Assembly (NCBI GenBank): GCA_032251315.1
Contig: JAVVEE010000001.1
Span: 50,035 to 114,034 of the forward strand
From: Gammaproteobacteria bacterium
GTDB lineage: Bacteria; Pseudomonadota; Gammaproteobacteria; SZUA-229
DNA: 64,000 bases
Reading direction: 5' to 3'
The position numbers and the translations under genes were made by a program. The notes below the pieces were generated by a model. It worked only from the letters and a program-made list of their open reading frames with translations. It did not search any database and was not told the DNA's origin. Below are positions 58,986 to 64,000 of this stretch, in pieces; the first letter of the stretch is position 1; each line of letters begins with the position of its first letter.

Positions 58986-60293
58986 ATGCACGCCGATCTT
59001 TCACTCCAGCAGTCACCGCCCTTTTCCGTACCCGCACGCTTCCTGATTAGCGCACCGCTGTTTGGTCTTCTCGCTGCACTGGTCATGCTCTGGCACGGCC
59101 CGGAGATGCTGAGCAGCCGCTGGACATCCGAGCTGCTGGCTGTCACCCATTTTCTGACATTAGGCTTTCTGGCCATGAGCATGTTGGGCGCCATGATGCA
59201 GCTGATGCCGGTACTGATGGGCATGATGATTCCACGACCGGTCTTTTTCAGCGGCATCATTCACGCCTCCCTGTTTCTAGGCAGCACCAGTCTGGGCCTG
59301 GCCTGGTTACTGCAGATCAATGCGCTGTTTATGATTGCCATGGCATCACTGCTGTTTTCGTTTAGCGTATTTATCGTGATGGCAGCGGAGCGCTTATTAC
59401 GCACCCCCAGTCGACACGCAACACGCACCCTGATGCTGCTGGCATTACTGTCTCTGTCAATCACCGCCGGCCTCGGACTCTATCTGGCCATGAGTTACAG
59501 CGATGCTGCATTCCCGCTTGCCCGGAAGCTCACCGATCTGCACTTAAGCTGGGGGCTGCTGGGCTGGGTAGGCCTGCTGATCATGGCTGTGGCCTATCAG
59601 GTGATTCCGATGTTCCAGATTACCAATCCATATCCGCTCATACTCCAGCGCTCACTGGGCTGGCTGATATTTTTCGCCCTGATCACTCTGAGCCTGATTC
59701 AGATCTGGCCGCTGGCAATATTGAAAATGTTCAGTCACTTACTGCTGGCGATCTGCCTGCTGACATTTGCATTCACCACTTTCTGGCTGCTACATACCAG
59801 GCGCCGCCAACTCCCCGATCTGACCCTGAATTTCTGGCGACTGGCCATGATCAGCCTTGCTCTGACTGCCTTGATCGGCTTATCGTTCAGCTTCTCCGCC
59901 ATGAAACCACCGGCATTGTTACTCGGTGTGTTAGTCATTCACGGTTTTGCCATGACCACGGTAAACGGCATGATGTATAAAATCATGCCTTTTTTGATCT
60001 GGCTACACCTCAGCAGCCACAACAAAACCTTGCGCGATAGCAACCAGCGAACTTCCCAGGTAAAAGTCCCGCACATGCGCAAGATCATTCCTGAAGCAGC
60101 CGGCCTGTGGCAATTTCGCGCTCACCTGGCCAGTCTGATATTATTATTTCTCACCGCCCTGTGGCCGCAGTGGTTCTTTTATCCCGCGACAGTATTGTTT
60201 GTAATCGCCCAGGCGCTACTGCTGTTCAATCTATCCAGCGCCGTGCATCTTTATCGTGCAAAACTCGCTGAATTTGCCAGCGGCCAATTTTAG
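58986..60293 (+). CDS. nnrS: NnrS-family heme-copper membrane protein (NO-response)
   Basis: 435 aa; about 12 TM with conserved His residues; typical NnrS size and topology; downstream of hemerythrin-DUF2249. Confidence 0.7.
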   Translation: MHADLSLQQSPPFSVPARFLISAPLFGLLAALVMLWHGPEMLSSRWTSELLAVTHFLTLGFLAMSMLGAMMQLMPVLMGMMIPRPVFFSGIIHASLFLGSTSLGLAWLLQINALFMIAMASLLFSFSVFIVMAAERLLRTPSRHATRTLMLLALLSLSITAGLGLYLAMSYSDAAFPLARKLTDLHLSWGLLGWVGLLIMAVAYQVIPMFQITNPYPLILQRSLGWLIFFALITLSLIQIWPLAILKMFSHLLLAICLLTFAFTTFWLLHTRRRQLPDLTLNFWRLAMISLALTALIGLSFSFSAMKPPALLLGVLVIHGFAMTTVNGMMYKIMPFLIWLHLSSHNKTLRDSNQRTSQVKVPHMRKIIPEAAGLWQFRAHLASLILLFLTALWPQWFFYPATVLFVIAQALLLFNLSSAVHLYRAKLAEFASGQF

Positions 60294-60388
60294 TTATACC
60301 CTCATTACCGCTTTGCCCGGGCAGGGCGGTTATTGCAAAATACTTCTTTTAACCTTTTTGGCCATTCAAGCTTCTACTAAACCGGAGA

Positions 60389-61000
60389 ATGTATTCAGTG
60401 TCAGATCACTTTAATGAAAAAGCAAAAGACTGGGATGCCAACGAAATGGTTAACCAGCTCTCAGCGGCAATTGGGCCCTTAATCTTAAATGAGATCCCTC
60501 TTGATGATCGCATGCAGGTGATGGACTTCGGCGCCGGCACCGGCTTGATCAGCTCTCACATCGCCCCTTTTGTACGTAAAATTACAGCTGTCGATATCTC
60601 CGAAGCCATGCTGGAAAAGCTGGTCGCCAAGCCGACATTACAGGGCAAAGTTGAGGCGGTATGTCAGGACATTATAGCTGAACCACTGGCGGCACAATTT
60701 GATCTGATCATAAGTGCAATGGCCCTGCACCACGTAGAAGATACCGCGAAACTCATTCAGGCATTTTACGATCACCTGACTCCAGGGGCCAGGATTGCGC
60801 TGGCCGACCTCGACTCGGAAGACGGCGGCTTTCACCCGCAGGATGTTGAAGGTGTGTTCCACCATGGTTTTGACCGTGACGAACTAAAAAAATTATTAGA
60901 GGGGCACGGCTTCAAGGATGTTCGTTTTTTGACTGCGCATACCGTTGTTAAAAATGATAGCCGCTACCCGATCTTTCTTGTTCTCGCCACAAAACTATAA
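60389..61000 (+). CDS. Class I SAM-dependent methyltransferase
   Basis: 203 aa; motif I VMDFGAGTGLIS; GTG start. Confidence 0.75.
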   Translation: MYSVSDHFNEKAKDWDANEMVNQLSAAIGPLILNEIPLDDRMQVMDFGAGTGLISSHIAPFVRKITAVDISEAMLEKLVAKPTLQGKVEAVCQDIIAEPLAAQFDLIISAMALHHVEDTAKLIQAFYDHLTPGARIALADLDSEDGGFHPQDVEGVFHHGFDRDELKKLLEGHGFKDVRFLTAHTVVKNDSRYPIFLVLATKL

Positions 61001-61144
61001 TGTCTATTGAGTCTGCCCTGAGGCAGACTCATCAGGTAATAACCACTGCAATAACATACTAATTCATTCTACCTCTTAAAATTAAATACCTGCATAATCA
61101 GGACGAATCGCATCGATGTGGTTGCTTAAGCGTATAATAGGCGG

Positions 61145-61420
61145 ATGCAATCCGAACCTGAAAAACTTTTAAAAAGACATCAGCAGCTGACCCATACCGA
61201 TATGGCGAAAGTTACTTCGCATGTACAGCGCACGCAGGACGACTGGATTCTAAATACAGTGATCATCGAGGGCTGTGATGTCCCCTTCAAATACAAACGA
61301 AAAAAACGGTACAGAAATCTCAGTGGTCAGCTCGTCAACCTGACCTATTATCCTGCTGAAGAAACTGTTGCCGGTCTGGATTTCGAATTCATGAAAGTGG
61401 TCAGAATAAAAATTGCCTAG
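61145..61420 (+). CDS. Hypothetical small basic protein (91 aa)
   Basis: ORF only; no recognisable motif. Confidence 0.35.
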   Translation: MQSEPEKLLKRHQQLTHTDMAKVTSHVQRTQDDWILNTVIIEGCDVPFKYKRKKRYRNLSGQLVNLTYYPAEETVAGLDFEFMKVVRIKIA

Positions 61421-61508
61421 TAAAAAAGCCATATAGGCAGCTGTTGCCTTCTTTCGTTCAAGCCACCATAATCAAAAATATCTAAATCATCACCTATATA
61501 TCAAATCC

Positions 61509-62177
61509 ATGAAATATTCCACTTTTATTACCCTGCTTGCAGTTATCAGCCTTAGCGCCTGCCAGCCAAATTCTGAGACACCCAGCCAGGTGACAAAAAA
61601 CTACTGGCAGGCCCTCAAGAATAACGACCTTGTCGCAGCATCAAAACTTGTTACAAAAGACAGCCAGAGCGACTTAAGCCACTACTTCAAACTGCCGCAT
61701 GAAGAAAAAATCCCGCTAGATGAAATCTATCTGGGCGCTGAACGCGCTACGGTCACGACCATCATCAGGTCTGAATCCACAACCATCGACACAGCTCCAC
61801 CCGGGAGTCTGGCCGTTCTTCCCGAAATAACTTTCGAAACCATACTGATTCTGGAAGACGGCCAGTGGAAAGTCGATGTCACTCGCACTCAGACTCCGGT
61901 CCTTCAAAAGCCTGACGAACTTTCCCCGGATACGCCATCATCAGATCTGGATACTGCACCGCTCAACGAAGCATTGCAGGAAAGCGCGGAGATGCTCAAC
62001 CAGTTTATGCGCGAGGGCTCCAGGGAAATGAGCGAGACCTTCCTCGAGGGCATGAATAAAATGAATGAGGCCCTGCGCGAAGCCATCGACAAAATGAAAC
62101 AGCGGCGCGAACAGCAGGAGCCGGCCCAGCCACCCACCAATGAAAACAATGACGCCGAGAATGAAGGTGTGATCTAA
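61509..62177 (+). CDS. Lipoprotein (DUF4878-like) with an acidic or coiled C-terminal half
   Basis: Signal peptide with lipobox LSAC; 222 aa. Confidence 0.6.
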   Translation: MKYSTFITLLAVISLSACQPNSETPSQVTKNYWQALKNNDLVAASKLVTKDSQSDLSHYFKLPHEEKIPLDEIYLGAERATVTTIIRSESTTIDTAPPGSLAVLPEITFETILILEDGQWKVDVTRTQTPVLQKPDELSPDTPSSDLDTAPLNEALQESAEMLNQFMREGSREMSETFLEGMNKMNEALREAIDKMKQRREQQEPAQPPTNENNDAENEGVI

Positions 62178-62271
62178 CGCTGACTGCTGCGGCATCGGCT
62201 ATCATTTTCGAATTAATACCCTGTCGCTTTTACTATAATAGCCGCCTTTAAATTTAAGCTACTACCCATTT

Positions 62272-62850
62272 ATGAGCATCAAGAAAACATTACACCGCCG
62301 CAGCGAATCAAAATGCGAGCTGTGTGGCGCTACAGAAAACCTGAGCATTTACGAAACCCTGGCCACGTCCAAAGACAATGCCGATGAATGCGTGCTTGTC
62401 TGTGCAAGCTGTCGCGATCAGATCGAGAACCCCGAGCGTATTGATGTCAATCACTGGCGCTGCCTCAACGACAGCATGTGGAGTCAGATTCCGGCGGTAC
62501 AGGTCATGGCCTGGCGTATGCTGACGCGACTGAGCGCCGAAGGCTGGCCGCAGGATCTGCTCGACATGCTCTATCTGGATGATGCGACCCTCGCCTGGGC
62601 AAAAACCGGTAAAGCTGAAAATAATGACAGCGCTGTGCCGCATGTCGACAGCAACGGCGCGATACTGGCGGCGGGCGATACGGTGACCTTGATCAAGGAT
62701 CTCGATGTAAAGGGCGCCAACTTTACCGCCAAGCGCGGCACTGCGGTACGAAACATTTCACTGGTCGCTGATAACCCTGAGCATATCGAAGGTCGTGTGG
62801 AAGGTCAGCGAATAGTCATACTGGCCCGGTTCGTCAAGAAATCTAACTAG
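62272..62850 (+). CDS. phnA: PhnA-family protein (zinc-ribbon N-terminus plus PhnA domain)
   Basis: 192 aa; CELCGA…CASC zinc ribbon; C-terminal PhnA-like domain. Confidence 0.7.
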   Translation: MSIKKTLHRRSESKCELCGATENLSIYETLATSKDNADECVLVCASCRDQIENPERIDVNHWRCLNDSMWSQIPAVQVMAWRMLTRLSAEGWPQDLLDMLYLDDATLAWAKTGKAENNDSAVPHVDSNGAILAAGDTVTLIKDLDVKGANFTAKRGTAVRNISLVADNPEHIEGRVEGQRIVILARFVKKSN

Positions 62851-62927
62851 GAGGCTGTCGGGTTTCGGTTGAATTAGCTGCGGAAGTTCAGATAAGGACG
62901 CACGAAACAGGCGCTAATTTTTTAGCT

Positions 62928-64000
62928 CTAAACCCGCCAGATCTTTAACACATTAGGCACTTTTCTCAGACGGCGCATAATGTTGGCCAGATGCACACGT
63001 CCCTGCAAGCTGATTTGATATGACATGGTGGTGGTAAAACCGTCACGATCCTCAACCTCAATATCTTCGATATCGGCACCTTCATCTGAAATAATAGTAG
63101 CGGTTCTCGCCAGTACGCCCGGCTTGTTGGCTACATCCATGCGGACACGGCAGCTGAAATTACCTTCAGCATTTTCCGCCCATTGCACATCAATGCATTT
63201 ATCCACTTCGGCGCGTATCTGACTAATATTTTTACAGTTTTCCCGATGCACAACGATGCCTCGACCCTTGCTCAAAATACCGATAATGTCATCGCCGGGT
63301 ATGGGAGAGCAGCATTTGCCGTAGTACACCACCATGCCTTCGGTACCATCAATCGCCAGTGGCGACTGCGATCTCATTTCGCGGGTCTCTTCTGCATCGC
63401 TCTGTGCAATTCGTTCCGGCACCAGACGTCTCACTACCAGGCTGGCCGAACGATTACCCATACCCACATCTTCCAGCAATTCCGTGACCGACTTGAAGCC
63501 ATATTCGTCCAGTACCGTTTTCATGGATTTTTCGGGCACATCTTCCAGTCGCAGTCCCAGACTTTTCAGGCAGCGCTCCAGCAATCGGCGACCCTGTGAG
63601 ATCGCTTCGTCCGCCTGCATGTTGCTCAGGTAGCTTCGAATATTACTGCGTGCCTTAACCGTCACCACATAATTCAGCCAGGCGGGACTGGGGCGCGCTG
63701 TTGGTGAAGTGATAATTTCAACGGTCTGGCCGCTATACAGAGGTATATTGAGTGGCGCATAGGTATGATCAAGCTTGGCCGCCACACAACTGTTGCCGAT
63801 GTCGGTGTGTACGGCGTAGGCAAAATCCACCGGCGTGGCGTTACGCGGCAGTTTGATAATGTCGCCTTCTGGGGTGTACACATAAACTTCGTCGTGGAAC
63901 AGATCGACTTTTACGTTTTCCAGAAACTCCAGCGAATCACCCGCGGACTGCTGCATCTCCAGAATACCGGTCAGCCAGTCGCGTGCCCGCGCATGGGCAC
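62928..64000 (-). CDS. spoT: Bifunctional (p)ppGpp synthetase/hydrolase (RelA/SpoT family), C-terminal TGS-ACT part; N-terminus lies beyond the window end
   Basis: TGS region (…VYVYTPEGDIIKLPRNATPVDFAYAVHTDIGNSCVAAKL…) and C-terminal ACT-like domain. The ORF stays open to the window edge on the minus strand. Confidence 0.8.
   Translation of the reverse strand, partial: AHARARDWLTGILEMQQSAGDSLEFLENVKVDLFHDEVYVYTPEGDIIKLPRNATPVDFAYAVHTDIGNSCVAAKLDHTYAPLNIPLYSGQTVEIITSPTARPSPAWLNYVVTVKARSNIRSYLSNMQADEAISQGRRLLERCLKSLGLRLEDVPEKSMKTVLDEYGFKSVTELLEDVGMGNRSASLVVRRLVPERIAQSDAEETREMRSQSPLAIDGTEGMVVYYGKCCSPIPGDDIIGILSKGRGIVVHRENCKNISQIRAEVDKCIDVQWAENAEGNFSCRVRMDVANKPGVLARTATIISDEGADIEDIEVEDRDGFTTTMSYQISLQGRVHLANIMRRLRKVPNVLKIWRV

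Noticed and set aside
60294-60388. ACCGCTTTGCCC/GGGCAGGGCGGT imperfect palindrome after nnrS as a terminator
   Set aside because: Two mismatches, no loop, and no downstream T-tract; weak.
1-64000. CRISPR arrays, tRNA or rRNA genes, IS elements or integrases
   Set aside because: No regularly spaced repeats, no tRNA-like cloverleaf candidates in intergenic regions, and no transposase or integrase-like ORFs were seen.

Overview
This 64 kb window is chromosomal gammaproteobacterial DNA whose gene order closely follows the Pseudomonas twitching-motility neighbourhood. It starts with a partial ponA gene divergent from pilMNOPQ, followed by aroK-aroB, a dgt-like gene, dnaG, and the SAM-cycle genes metK, ahcY (behind a recognisable SAH riboswitch) and metF, then rsmE. 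A Pil-Chp chemosensory operon (pilG-pilH-pilI-pilJ-chpA-chpC) sits on the minus strand next to gshB, apbE, a tonB3-like gene, yqgE, ruvX and pyrR-pyrB-pyrC'. Three tandem PilT-family retraction ATPases follow (pilT, pilU and a divergent pilU-like paralog), then proC-yggT-yggU-metX-metW. Next comes a complete type II secretion cluster gspCDEFGHIJKLMN. A rhomboid-family (rhombosortase-like) protease gene lies antisense between gspF and gspG, and gspH starts with an apparent 1-nt frameshift. The last part holds housekeeping genes (ykgJ, HAD nucleotidase, cysQ, MBL hydrolase, galE), an NO-response-like cluster (Crp/Fnr regulator, triheme cytochrome c, hemerythrin-DUF2249-nnrS, with an FNR-type box), a methyltransferase, a lipoprotein, phnA and the 3' part of a relA/spoT gene. 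No rRNA or tRNA genes, CRISPR arrays or clear mobile elements were found. The most unusual items are the rhombosortase inside the T2SS operon, the extra PilU paralog, the absence of pilK/chpB from the chemosensory locus, a decayed low-GC adhesin-like pseudogene between pilQ and aroK, and a promoter-plus-terminator leader directly upstream of metK.
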